Assembly: GCA_008632985.1 (NCBI GenBank)
Contig: QPGO01000062.1
Span: 124,001-188,000 of the forward strand
Direction: 5' to 3'
Length of the DNA stretch: 64,000 nt
Origin: Psammoneis japonica
Lineage: Eukaryota
The notes beneath the pieces are model-generated. The model had not been told where the DNA came from, did not search any database, and saw only the letters and a program-made list of their open reading frames with translations. This document shows, piece by piece, positions 39,193 through 51,812 of the stretch (the first letter of the stretch is position 1; the number at the start of each line of letters is the position of its first letter). A program made the position numbers and the translations under genes.

Positions 39193-39630
39193 AGGGTGGG
39201 AAATCCCTTGTGTTTTCGACATATATTTGCAAAAAGCATGAAAAATAACTAATATTTTAATCATTTATGACGCAAATATGGAAAAAATATACCGACGCGT
39301 TCTGCGCTCACCGTGCAAACAACACGACAATGGCCGAAATGCCGTTCGTTCTCGAAAACTGACAGGGGTAGCCTCCAAATTTTTTCACAGTATATCGCAT
39401 TTGATATGGTCAACAAACTTATGAAGAAAGTTGGAGGCCGCCACACCTACATTGCGTTCAACGAACGGCATTTCGGCCATTGTCGTGTTGTTTGCACGGT
39501 GAGCTCAGCATTCGCTCTCCAGCCTTTTGAACGTTTTTCCATGAATTGCACGTATTTGCGAAAAACACTGTCTTATTTTAGCCGTTTTTCGTTTGAAATT
39601 TCTAAAATTCACCAAGGGGGTTCCCAGACC
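39193..39630. mobile_element. Palindromic foldback/MITE-like element
   Basis: Perfect 45-bp inverted repeat 39306-39350 / 39460-39504. Imperfect inner arms 39371-39387 / 39422-39438. Degenerate outer arms. Non-coding, between convergent genes. Confidence 0.65.
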
Positions 39631-39648
39631 ACAGATACAATAACATGT

Positions 39649-40740
39649 TCATTGAGGATTATCTTGAAAGGCAAGTATGGTTTCATTCTTGGGCTTGACG
39701 GGATTCACAGTGATTCTTTCTAGAGGCTCATCCATTCCTCCCGCGACTCCCAGACGTAGCAAATTCTCGTGATTTAGGAAGTTAGGCTCGTAGCTCCAAG
39801 TCAGTGTATCACCATTTATGTAAGCTATTGGCACCTCTCTCGTCATGTCATTGTCGATAAAGGTTGAGAGATTATCAAAGAACAATGCTTGTTTGTCCAT
39901 TCCGGACGCATGGCCAAACATGACAACACAGTCAGCATCCGCGTCGTCGTGTTGGGTATGGTCGTTTATGAGATTCAGTGTCCAAATAATTTGATCCGTG
40001 AGAACCTTGGACCAGTTTCTTGGTACCACTGTGCCTCCAGGCAAGTTCAATCCAATCCACAATGTTCGTTTGTGTACAAACGTAAATGTTTCTTCCCTTC
40101 CTGCCAACGACGAAACTTCAAAAGGATTATTCCACCGTTTGTGCAACAAACTAAAGACTGACTTCCATCTGGACAGAGCCCTCCTAGGATTATTACAGGC
40201 ACTGTATTCATTGGGTCCCACTATAATAAACACTGGCACTGGCGACCTGAGAAGAGTTTGTTGAATGGCAGTGTAGTAATCCAAGGTGCATGGCGAATTG
40301 CTAGACTTGAAGTTACCAAGGTGTATCAAAAACTCCGCTTCCTTGGGAATGCTTTGCACTTTCAGAGCAAGAGCAGTATCGGCCTTGTCCTTGATGTATG
40401 GTACGTTAGCCATGGCATAAAATACCGTTGTGAGCGCATCGCTCCCCGTTTCAGGAATGATGTGTGTAGGTTCGGTCGATGGAGTTCTTGTTGGCGAAGC
40501 AGACGGAATAATATTCACTGTAGGAGACAATATAATAGGAGATATTGTAGGAGAACTGGAGGGAAACCTTGTGGTAGGGTATCTTGTGGAGTCAGAATGG
40601 TTGCTGTTGACGTCATCTTCCTGTCCCTCATTGTTCAGGAAAAGTGGCAAAACGATGACGGCCGACACACCAACAAGCATGAAGCAAACGGCCGCAGTGA
40701 CCAGCTTGCGTCGCGAGGATAATGTTAACAACTTTCCCAT
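39649..40740 (-). CDS. Membrane-anchored calcineurin-like metallophosphoesterase-fold protein (metal ligands substituted)
   Basis: N-terminal TM, P/S/T linker, then FYAMANVPY, FLIHLGNFK, PVFIIVGPNEY, VVMFGHA, YINGDT. Confidence 0.7.
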   Translation of the reverse strand: MGKLLTLSSRRKLVTAAVCFMLVGVSAVIVLPLFLNNEGQEDDVNSNHSDSTRYPTTRFPSSSPTISPIILSPTVNIIPSASPTRTPSTEPTHIIPETGSDALTTVFYAMANVPYIKDKADTALALKVQSIPKEAEFLIHLGNFKSSNSPCTLDYYTAIQQTLLRSPVPVFIIVGPNEYSACNNPRRALSRWKSVFSLLHKRWNNPFEVSSLAGREETFTFVHKRTLWIGLNLPGGTVVPRNWSKVLTDQIIWTLNLINDHTQHDDADADCVVMFGHASGMDKQALFFDNLSTFIDNDMTREVPIAYINGDTLTWSYEPNFLNHENLLRLGVAGGMDEPLERITVNPVKPKNETILAFQDNPQ

Positions 40741-41019
40741 GGTGTGTCCAAAGCAATGATAACAATAAAAATAATAATGGTGCCAAAGGAAAAAGCATGT
40801 TGTGGCGGTTTTGTGCTTTTTGAATTTTTCCAGAAGAGTGAGCAACCGTCAGGGTAATTTTATTGCATATTCGCATTTGCATTTTTTCATATATTTTTGT
40901 GTTCTACGAAGCCGTAGACTTTCGTTTGATTCCGTTATGTCAAACTGTACGACCGGCGCGACCGGATGCATTCTTTGTCGACCTCTCCGACTGCTGTGCA
41001 AACAACTCAACTGGGAACT

Positions 41020-44000
41020 GGGAATGAATGACAGCTGACTGCCTTTTGACTCATGTGGCACTCTGCTTTCCAACACTGCCTGAGCACAGAAGAACTGCAT
41101 TCATTCAACATTTGTTTCAACTGTCAAACTTCTTTTTGTCCTTCCAACACACCTGAACCTTTCACATGGAAGAAATGTGAGCCTTCTTTTTTGTCCCTTT
41201 TCGCACCACTGTTGTTGCGCTGGGTGTGGGTGTGGTGTGGGGTGGGGAGATGAGTCAAAAAATGAAAGACACACAATTTTTTTTAACTGGTGCAAGCTCA
41301 GTTGGCAGTTCTCCCACAGAGAGACTGAACGGACAGAGAAGAACTGGTGCTGCAAAAAGGCTCTAAAAGGCAGAAACAGGGTTCTTTTCCCCAAGTTGTT
41401 GTGAAAACCCTGGGGCAGTTGCTGTCCTCCAGTCACCAAACTTTTGGTCATGTGGACTTTTTGGGACACCCACACCTGGAGTGGAGAGAGCAATCTTTTG
41501 TGATCAACAAGATGTCAACTGCTTTGGTTGGTGGCAGTTGGCTGGCTTTGCTGTTCTTTGAATGGGGCAGGAGCCACTGGCCAAAGCACCAGCCACAAGA
41601 AGTGCTCCTGCAGTGGCAGCAGCTGTGGCTCTCACTTGCCAAGGCTTCATCAGCTTTGACTGAGTTCCTCTCAGCTGTCTTGTGGCACTGTTTTTTCATG
41701 TGCTCTGCATTTTGATCTAACCCAGTCTGCCTGCAAGTCTGAGTTTGTCACCCGCTTGCAGCACATTTTTTTCATGTGCTCAGCATTTTGATCTGATCCA
41801 GTTGGCCTGGCTGAAAGGCCAAGTTTGGCACCTCCATGTCTGTGTGTCTGTCATTTTTGTGTCAATGCATGGATGTTGTTGCTTGTCGCTGGTGCTCCAC
41901 TCTCTCAAAAGATTGCAAAAAGGGCTCTGCACAACACAGCAGAATTTGCTTCACAGTGTGATTGCATTTTTTGTCATGACTGTGAGAATCATCATCCATC
42001 CACTGCCTCTTGATTTCTTGTCCTTGGTCCCAAACAAGACCAAAAACCAACAAAACACCACCCTCCAATCCATGCCATTCTTGTTGTTTCATTCAGACCA
42101 CCTGTCACACTCATGGTGATTGGGGTGCAAATTTGGGATGCAACTTGGGGGTGCAAAAATGCACATTGCATGAACTCACACCCAAAAATTGCAGATTGTT
42201 TTGTGCAGGTGTGGGAATTTAAAACCACCCTTCTGAAACAAAAAGATGTTTTCTTCTGACTTTGAAAAGCAGCTGGCAGGACAATGGTGCATCATCAAAA
42301 ACTCATTGTCTGCAACCCACAAGCAACCTCACGCAATGTGCCAAAGAGTTGTCTGTCATGAGTTTGCAGTTTGACCAAAGGTGCTGGAAACTTCTTTGCC
42401 GTTGCTGTGGGGCAACAAAAGCACAGGCACAATGGCCATGCTGCCAACAACAAAAAGCTTTGCTGAATTTTGCAGCCACTGATGACAATTCCTTCTGACC
42501 AGTGGTTGGAGAGAAGCAGAGCAAGGATGAGATGTGTTTTCCCAACCACTGTGGAGTGCAGATGCACAACAGTTGATTGATTTTGTGGTTGCAGGATGCC
42601 TCTGCTTCAACAAATCACAGTTGGGGCTTTTCAATGAAGTGCTGCTGCTGATGTGCACTGCAAGTGTTGCAGCATTCAACTGGAAAAGTCACCAGCCACA
42701 GGATCATTTCCTGATGGCGCCAGTGGCAGAAAGTGAGCAGCTGTCAACACTGCCATGTCCCAGCGTGCCTGCTCAGGAGCTTGTGGCTGCATTTGTTTCA
42801 CATGCACTGGTGCAACAAGAGGTGCTTGCACCATCACACATTTTGACAACATTTGCAGCTCAAAGCTGAAGGTGAAATTGTCCTGTGAGCTTGCATCCTT
42901 GACTCAGTGGTGAGAAATTGACAACACACTCACACCTCAGAATCTCAAATTAAAAAGGAGCACCTCCTGGCACCACTGATGAGCCTCCACACTGCAATCA
43001 GCCACCTGGTGGAATCTGAGTGTTGCAGTCCAGCAGTCATGGTGTCTCACACAGACACCAACAAGCAGCAGCAGTGCCAAAGTGGGGCATCATGTGGGCT
43101 GAGAACCTGCCTCACAATGAGAAAGAGAGCCCAAACCTGCCTGCTGTTGAGCATGTGATTTTTTCTTGGCACTCTTCCTTGATCAACTCATTTGGTGCTT
43201 GCTTTGTCCTCAATGCTGACATGCACTGGCTCCAAGTGGGAGACCTTGACATGCCAGAGTGGGGCAATTTTGGATGAAAACAGACCACCCAATGCAAAAA
43301 TTGCAAAAGGCTCTGCACAACAAAAATTGCTTCAAAAGCACCTTTGCAGAAAACAGTCAATGCAAAAAAGCAGCTGCTGATTGCAAGACAAGATTTGCAC
43401 TGCAATGTTCCTTGGTTGCTGCAGAATGCTTCTGTTTGTTTTTTCCACAATCTTGTGTGCACTGCAAAGCTGCTGTCATTTTTTGGCATCAGGCAAGCAC
43501 CTCAAATGCAGCCATTGTCTTCACTGGTGGGCAACTGTTGCCTGAACTCATTGAAAAAGAGCGCGCAACTTTTAAAAGCAAGTGATGCTCATCCAGAAAC
43601 TGGACCTCCAGACAGGTTTGACCAAGTGAAACAGAGAGAAAGGAAAGATGCAGACAAAACCAAAAATGTGGGTGCAACCCCATGACACAAAGACAAAGCA
43701 TGCAAGAAGGCATCCAACCAAGGCAACACCTTGTTTTCTGCAAGAACAATGGCACAGACTGCATTCTTGTTGCATGTGGTGGGTGCAATGGCACAACTGT
43801 TGTTGGGTGTTTTTGGTCAGAAGACATCAAAATTTGACCAAAAAATTAGACCAAAAAATGCTGGGGATGAATGAAAAATGTGCACAACCATGACACAAAG
43901 CTGAGGCACAAGGCATTTGAGGCAGAAACTCATGGCACAAGAGCAACAACACACTTTCTGTGTTTGTTGCAATGAATCTGGTGGTGCTGTTGTTGCCAGG

Positions 44001-45480
44001 AATTGTTGGCCACATGCTCAGATGTTAAAATTGACATGAACAACACACAACTCAAGTCAATCTCTCTTGTTGTTTTGTGACAGAAAATCAAGTCATGAGG
44101 AGGCTCCCAAGCCAAATCTGTGAAACACAAAAATGCAGTCTCACAGACCAGCTGTGGCACAGCCACCTCAATGATGCAACCAACTTCTCTTCAAGTTTTG
44201 TGCCTCAATGATGCAGCCTTGCTGTCAAAAAAGAGCTGTGGCTGTTGCCTTGCTTTTTCTTGTCAAATGTTGGTGTTTGAAACTTTTCTCTCAAGCTCAT
44301 CTCAAAATGCTGCCTGCCAACCCACTTCCACCAGCAACATTCAATTTCCACCCAATCTTCAACAAACCAACCAGCAACAAAGATTTGTTGGAAGTCACCC
44401 ATGTGTGTGGGCAACTTCAAGAGGAGATGAAAACAACAAAACAGCTGTGCTGGATGCAGCCAGAATTTCCATGCTGGACCAGTCTGCACCCTCTCCACAA
44501 TGACTTGGTGATTTGGGGGTCCTGCCCTCCTGCAAATGTCTTTGGTCTCTTTGCATGACTGTTGCAGGCCAGTGAGAAGAACATCTGGCATGTCAGCTGA
44601 TGCCACTCTGAAGAAGAGAAGCTCCATTTCTTCTCAGCAATGTTGCAAAGGAGCTCTGTGCAGCATCTTTTTTCAGCGCCAGTTTGCATTGTCAATGGAG
44701 TGTTTGGCAGCTTCATCATCCTGAGCTGCTGTGTGCGGTGTCTTCATTTGCATCAACAACAACACCAGCAATCTCTTGTGCTGCTGTGAGCCCTGGCTTG
44801 ACTGTGACATCTTTCACACAGTGGTGATTGGTTGGTTAGAGTGTGTGTCTGACGGCAGCAAGTTCATTTGAAGTGCAGACAATGCATGGACGCAAAGAAG
44901 AAAAGCCGCTCCAAACCATTCGAACATGGATTTGGAATGAGTTCAATGATCTGATCTCAGATCCAGTCACCAGTGCTGGCTCCAATCTCCTGACCATTGC
45001 ATTTTTTGGTTTCCTGCTTTGTCCCATGACAAAGCACACTGCATGTGCCACATCATGTGGCCCAGCTGCTGCGACACCATGGGGTGCAAGAAAATCAAGT
45101 GTCGCGGTTGCTGCAATTGTTGCTTTGTTGAGGATGCCAAAAGAAATCATTTTGAGTCAATTCACTGTGTTGGTTGAAAAAGTACAAGGCTTCCAGAGCA
45201 ATGAGTTTGTGATGCAAGAGTGACAACATTGGCCAGCTCAATGTGGCCGATCTGATGGTGGCGCAGCTTTTTGAGCTGTTTGTTGACTGCTTGGACACAC
45301 CATTGCTCCTTGCTGACAATCATTGCATTGTTGATGAAGCAATCACCTTGCTTGGAAATCAAAATTCCTGGATCAAAAGTGACAACGTGCGGCTCAAGTC
45401 TCCGCTCGCCAGTGTGTGCTGTGTCAATTGCGAGCTGTGAGGATGACCACATGCAGAGTCTGCCGAATCAATTGGCACTG
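41020..45480. pseudogene. Hypermutated TpA/CpG-depleted tract B (likely decayed mobile element)
   Basis: About 9 TA in 41040-45180, all within TTA/TAA. Tyr-free His/Cys/Gln-rich broken ORFs. Grades into normal composition after ~45500. Confidence 0.7.
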
Positions 45481-47429
45481 CCCTTGTTGGTCTGAGCCAA
45501 CCGGTGGCATCCAAAGAACAAGTGGGTGGATGTGTTGGAACTGCCAGCGCTGAACCATTGCTTGGAGACGCTGGAGATGGGAGAGATGCACTCCCAACTG
45601 GGAGGAAGACGGATTGGCGTCGCAGAAATGACAATCTTGAAATTCTTGGGAAACCCGGAGTTACTTTGCTGTCGAGCCGTTCGGATTTATACTGGAACTT
45701 GTGTAGAATTTGATAAGGACGCAATTCCATTTTGATAAGGACAAGTAGAAATGCACGGTCCATTTGGGTACATATTTGATAAGGACGCCTGAGCAGGAAT
45801 CCTCTTCATTTCCTTCATTCCACTCAAACGCTCCCGATTTGGCATACCGCACCGTAAGAAACGGCCATGCACATAACACTTTGATGCATCTCGCCATGGC
45901 ATACATCGTGGGGTAGACGTATTTTTCATGGGTGATCTCTTTCTATCGTTGTTATAAAGAGGTTGATGCATTGGTTTGGTTTCATGGGGCGCTTTGGTTG
46001 CGACACACGGTGCAAACGGTTGCATGCTTCGACTCGTAGCTCGATTACGGCACGGTACGGGTAACACCTGAATGGTCGACAACATTGCGGCGGTAAGTTC
46101 TTTCTATATTTTCTCGTTTTATGTCGTTTTCTTAGTCACCAAAGATCATTGTTGTGTTTTGTTAGAGCTTGAAAAGTGGATGGATCGTCTCTTACGGTCG
46201 ATTATGGTATCTGTTATGTTGGCATGTTTTTCAAGCCGTTGGCGCCGCCAGAGCATATCCGTTTATGAGCTTTATGCTTCATCCCACTCTACATCCTTTG
46301 GTTCATCTATTATATATATTATGATGCATTCGTGACTCGCTTGATATCCTTCTTGGGGGCTTGGTCGGTGCATAATAGCGGCATGTCATTTTTCGGGCGT
46401 GTCAATTTCTCAAAAGTGCATGCCGTGGGAACAAAACGACGCGATGGAGCCTGGAGGACACTTACGATGTTGGTATTTGTCAGACAGTCTTATCATAGTC
46501 AAAAAAAGGTAAGCCTGTGAGTATGTTGTAATTGTTTGAGTATTTGACTCGTTTTGACGAAACTTGCATACCTCACGAGCCTTTTTCTGTGCGTCTCGTT
46601 CATGCGTGCAGGTGTCTGGTCTAAAATGACCCTTTCCACCTACCCTTCAACCGTATTATCATCAATGTCTAAGACATGATATTGTCCATGTTAGTTTGGG
46701 AGATCTTGGTGGTGTAACTACGACTCTAGGCTTTGCAATGGGTAAAATGGGGAGGTTGAGGCTTGTGTTGGCGGGCTCATTGCCTCCTCTTGAATGCGCG
46801 GATGCCACGAACCGCTGATGGTACTTGGGGGCATAAAAATTGGTAAGGCGACTCAGCTCCACCTTTAAAAGTTGCCCTAGTGAGTGTACTGTGATATGTA
46901 CAGTAACCCCAATGGATTGTTATTGTGTACGTTGTTCCACTCATATTTTCATTTTGCCTGTCATTTTTTCAGCATGGATATCTGGGACTGCGAGCGCTTA
47001 AAGTGGCATTTTTTTTTCCATGCCAATACTCTACAAGACTCAAGTCCTTTGATAATAGTTGTTCCTTTAGGGAATCAGATTGTGGAGCTTTCCGCATCTG
47101 GTCGGGTCTAAAGAGGAAATGAGGTGGAGCCGGCTTTCAAAAGTGAATGAGTTTTGGCTTGTCGTGCGGTTGCATCTCAACGGTAGCGTTCGCAGTGGGC
47201 GTGTAAATTTTCCGTGATCAATGAAGCAGTAGATAATGTATTAAGATAGATCATGGCATGCTGCTGTTCTTTAGAGTGTTTGCTGCTAGCCAGCTAGAGA
47301 GCTGCGACTACTACGTTGGAAGTGCTAATCGTCTGGGCGTCGGGCGGGCGCACACACTGTCGATGCATCTCTCCCTCTCTCCTCCTCCTCTTTTGCCTCT
47401 TCTTTTTTTCATAAACTCGGAGCTGCCAT

Positions 47430-48860
47430 CTTGTTGCTTGTTGCTTGGTCACTCACAGGTTGTTGGTGCTTGTTTCTGGAAAGAGATCAGGTGTCGCACT
47501 CCACCCGTGCAAGAACTGCAAAGTGTGAGCTGAAAGGAATGCATGAGACTGGCATTTTGTTTGAAGCCTCAAGATGGATCATCGCTCAATCAAATGCCCA
47601 AGGTCAGAGGCAGCCACAACAGTTGGCAAGCAGGTGTTTTCCAACTTCCAACATTGTTGAATGTGCCAACATGTTGCCTCAGTTTCTCTTGCATCCTTTG
47701 CATCTGTCGCTTCAATCTCTGGAACCAGCCGGAGGAAATTGGAGCTGAGCCTGCCAAGCCTGCAAAACCAAAAACAAAGCAGAAAAAGTCAAACTCTGCA
47801 AAGATGAACAAGAACAGCAACAAAGAGAAAACGTCCTCATCTTCAAGAGCATCACAAGAAGCATCGAGAGGGAATGTCATGCCTTGTCTAAAACTTCACT
47901 TTTTGTCTGTTCTGATGCTTCATCTCCTCTCTGCACCTTGCATCCATGTTCAGCATGGCAACAGAGCTGAAGGGCAAGCAATGGCTCAGGGCTGATGTGC
48001 TGAGCACACTTGATTGCATGGAATGGGTTTGTTTTGAAGCTTTCAAATGGTCCACCTTTCGCGGCAATGCAGTGTCATCTCATGTTGAGCACTGCCTTGC
48101 TGCTTCGCATGGAAGAGCTTGTGCTCATGGAGAAAAGACTCGACAGCTCCTGGCGGCTCCTTGACCTTGGAAATTGGCGGTGAAGCCCAAAATTCCAATG
48201 GCACTTTGCCACAGCAATCTTCACACATCCACAATGGGGCTGGCAGCAATGTTCACAACAGCGGCACTGCTTCAGTGTCCAACAGTGAGAATGGATGAGG
48301 AAACGGTGGTCGACCAAAGCACTCCCACAAAGATGTGGTGGCATCTGGCAAATCTGAAGAGATCGCTGTTGTTGTGTCAACACTGGCAAAAGCACATGCA
48401 CAGCAATTGGTGATGGTGGCGTGTTGAGTTGCATCCTCTTATGGATGAGAAAATGGAGTGCTGTTGTCCAAAGACATTTTGATTGCACACCAAGCTCGTT
48501 CGGCGGCTGGCTTGGATCCAGGTTTCTTCTTGCAATCGAGGCCGGCATCGACTGCTGACATTGTGGCTGATGATTCTCAAGCCTTGGCAGCAGCTCTGAA
48601 TGCAGTCAACTGTTACAAACTGGTGAGGAATGCTGCCCTTGCAGCACAAGAGGAGTGCAACCAACACCTGGAAAGGAGCTTTTGTTGCCCATTTTTGGGT
48701 GTTTTCTCTCACATCTCTTGCCATTGACACGCTTGTCACAGCAAAATACGGATGTCATGCATTGACATTTTTGGCAGGAAAAGGTTTGGTGGCAAGGTCA
48801 AACATTGGTTGTTGCCGCATCATGGTTGGTTTGTTGTTTCCGTCTTTTCTCGCAGCAGCA
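47430..48860 (+). pseudogene. Hypermutated tract containing a plus-strand gene relic
   Basis: ORFs 47946-48164 and 48174-48413 are in the same frame, separated by a TGA (possibly from CGA). TA nearly absent. Flanked by related ~90-bp direct repeats. Confidence 0.55.
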
Positions 48861-49118
48861 TGAATGTCGTAAAACGTCTGGCCGTCGTACGTACGAATTG
48901 AACGTATGGCGTTTTCTCCTCTCCTTTTCCTCTTTTTTTTTTTCATAAAATCGGAGCTACCTACCGGTACCAAAACTGCCTGAGCAAATCCATTCCAACA
49001 CATCATTGACATCTCAACTCTCAATTGTAAAACCTCCTTCGTGTTCTGCCCACACACCTGAACCTTTTACATGGAAGAAAGATGGTGCTTGCGTTTCACT
49101 GCAGACAGATGAGTCAAC

Positions 49119-51746
49119 ATGAAAGACGGTCAACAAGACGTGTCAATGATCATGCGGACCACGTCTGATTCTTTCGAGGAGAACATGGAAAGAGCAAACG
49201 CTGATGTGCATGCCAGTGAACCAGACAATGGCAACGAATGTTCAACTTCTTCTGATTTGAACAAAATTATTGAGGATGAAAGTGACAACGAAAGCGATGC
49301 CGAGCGGGCGTCGACAACAACAAAACTGCCTGCTTCTGGTGCATCTAAAAAGCAGAAGGCTTCCAACACCGAAAGTGTGGTTGCACCGCGAGGCTTGTTA
49401 CAGGAGCCTGGAGGCGTAGCAGTAACCCCAGGGACCACATCAAGTCCAACAACAAGCACAACCAAGAAATCAGATTCTTACAAGAAAGCATCCCAAAAAC
49501 AGACACCAAGAGGGTGGGCGTTTCGTCCGTCCTCACAAGTCTCAGTTCCTGGTGCGGTTGCGGTAGTTCCTGGGACGACGCACGACAGTGGCAACAACCT
49601 TCGAGCAAACTCGGACTCAATCTTGATGCAAAAGCACCTTCACAATCGTCGTGCGAATCTCAGACAAGAACATAAACAAGCCACCTCATTTCCCTTCAGT
49701 CTCCGGATAGTTTTTCAACGGGCTCTGTTCACGAAACATCTCTTGTAGTTTCTACGACAGATGGGGGCCCAGATGGGTTGGAACCTCCGAGACTTCTGGC
49801 CGAAAAGCATTCTCTTGGATATTATCGGAAGAATAGTCGTGAGCCAACTAGTCAAGAACGAAGCGTTTCCAGGTTTGAGCCAGCTGCACAAGGCAGTTTT
49901 GTGTCTACGGATGGGGCAACTCAGCTCGTCAGTAGCCCATCAATGGATGCTAGGTCTTTGTCAGGAGGCGTGCAATCCACTCAAGAAAGCGAACCGGGGA
50001 CGTTAGAGTATCAAAGGCCGACGTCCTTGAGATCATCCCTCCGATCTAGTTTAACTCGCCGTACGTCTTTGGAACAGGATGAACGTAAAGATGCTACTCT
50101 TGTGAATGCCACACTTGTTGAAGAAAGGGATGACTCACCAGTGTATGCTGCTGAAGCGGTCCCAGAAGAACGCATCCGACGAAGGCGTAGAAGAGTGCGC
50201 GCTGCCGGTGTAATCTTGATCGGGGCCCTCATCACTACGATTGTTCTCGTGACGACAAAACCTAGAAGAGGCGACGACGATGGAAGCAATGGTTCAAAAT
50301 GCCAAATCCCCCTGGAGGAACAAAAGATCACTACGCAGTGTGCATGCCAAGGCGAAATATCTATGATTTCGCGTGATGCTCTAGAATTTGGTGATGTCAT
50401 GCTGAACCTGCTTGTCGATAGCGAGGTTCTGCCTTTTAATTTCAGAGAGAACTTCAATGAAACCTCATGCCTCCCGGAGAATCAGGCTCTATGGTGGATT
50501 GCTGATCCAAATAATGTTGACATTCCCAGAGACTCATTTGAACAAGTTGTATTGAATCGAAAGTTTGAACATCAGATTATTCAACGCTACGTTCTTGGTT
50601 TGCTATATCTATCCATGGGGGGCAAACAATGGACTAGGCAAGCGAATTGGCTCAGCACTGCACCTGCTTGTACGTGGTTTGGACTTGTTTGCACGGAAGC
50701 GTCACGTTTGGCGCTGTTGGAACTACCTGCCAATGAATTAAGTGGTAGCATTCCAATCCAAATTGGGAATCTTTTACATCTGCAGAGCATTAATTTTTCG
50801 GGGAACCAACAATTGACAGGTAGTCTCCCATCGGAAGTTTCGAAGATTAGAGGCTTGCGTAAGTGCAAGCGAAGTGCTGTTATTCTGTCTCAATTTACCG
50901 TTTTTCTACCGCTTACGACCAATTTAATCGGTGTCTTGCCTACCCGCTCACATCGTAGGGAGCCTCAAGATTAAAAACACCGGACTCAGCGGAGAAATTC
51001 CAGTGTCGTTGAAGGAGAACGAGGTTCTCAGTACGTACTTGGGCCATTGTGTTCTCTTCGTTTTGATTGCCCATGTATGTCAAACTTTTGTGACTGTTAC
51101 TGATTGAATGCTCTGCTCTCTCTAGCAACGATTACGTTGTTCAATAACTCACTCTCTGGAGTGTTTCCTTCCGAGGTGGCTCAGCTGCCACTACTTCGTA
51201 AGTATCGATTGAGCAAATTGCCTTAATATGCTGTCGATTGTGCCTCACACTTACTAGTGCTGCATTCCTGTTTGTGTTTCACAATACGCAGAAATCTTTG
51301 ACGTTGCAAACAACCAGTTCACCGGGTCGCTGCCTACTGAAATTGGAAAGATGACGAATCTCGGTATTTTGGGCATTGACAATAACGATTTCACGGGAGA
51401 AATACCAAGTGAGATTGGCAACGCCCAGAGCCTTCAAATTATCAAAGCGACGAACAATCGATTCGGTGGTACGATACCCAATGAAGTGGGTAATTTAAAG
51501 TTTCTAGGAGATTTGGAGCTAATGGGCAATAATTTTACGGGTCAAATTCCAAGCAGCTTTGCGAACCTCACAAGACTTTCCCTCATAAGCATATCAACAA
51601 ATCTAGCTCAAGGATTTGTTGCCAAGACACTTTGCGATACTCTTGACATGCTTGAAGCAATTTTTCTGGACTGCAACGATACACAATCGTTCTGCTCTTG
51701 CTGCTTTTGCAAAGAGTCAGAATTAGGCAGTTTCACTTCATTCTAA
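49119..51746 (+). CDS. Type II membrane LRR receptor-like protein (copy 1)
   Basis: Disordered N-terminus with PGGVAV/PGAVAV, RRRRR then TM, QRYVLGLLY..W..NWLS..C.WFG..C cap, plant-type LxxNxLSGxIP LRRs. Frameshift at ~49695. Introns 50859-50958, 51031-51125, 51198-51291. Confidence 0.85.
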
Positions 51747-51812
51747 GTTTGTACCGTAAGTTAAAATTGCCATACGAATTTTTTGTCTCTATTTTTTAAA
51801 TAGCGATAGCAA

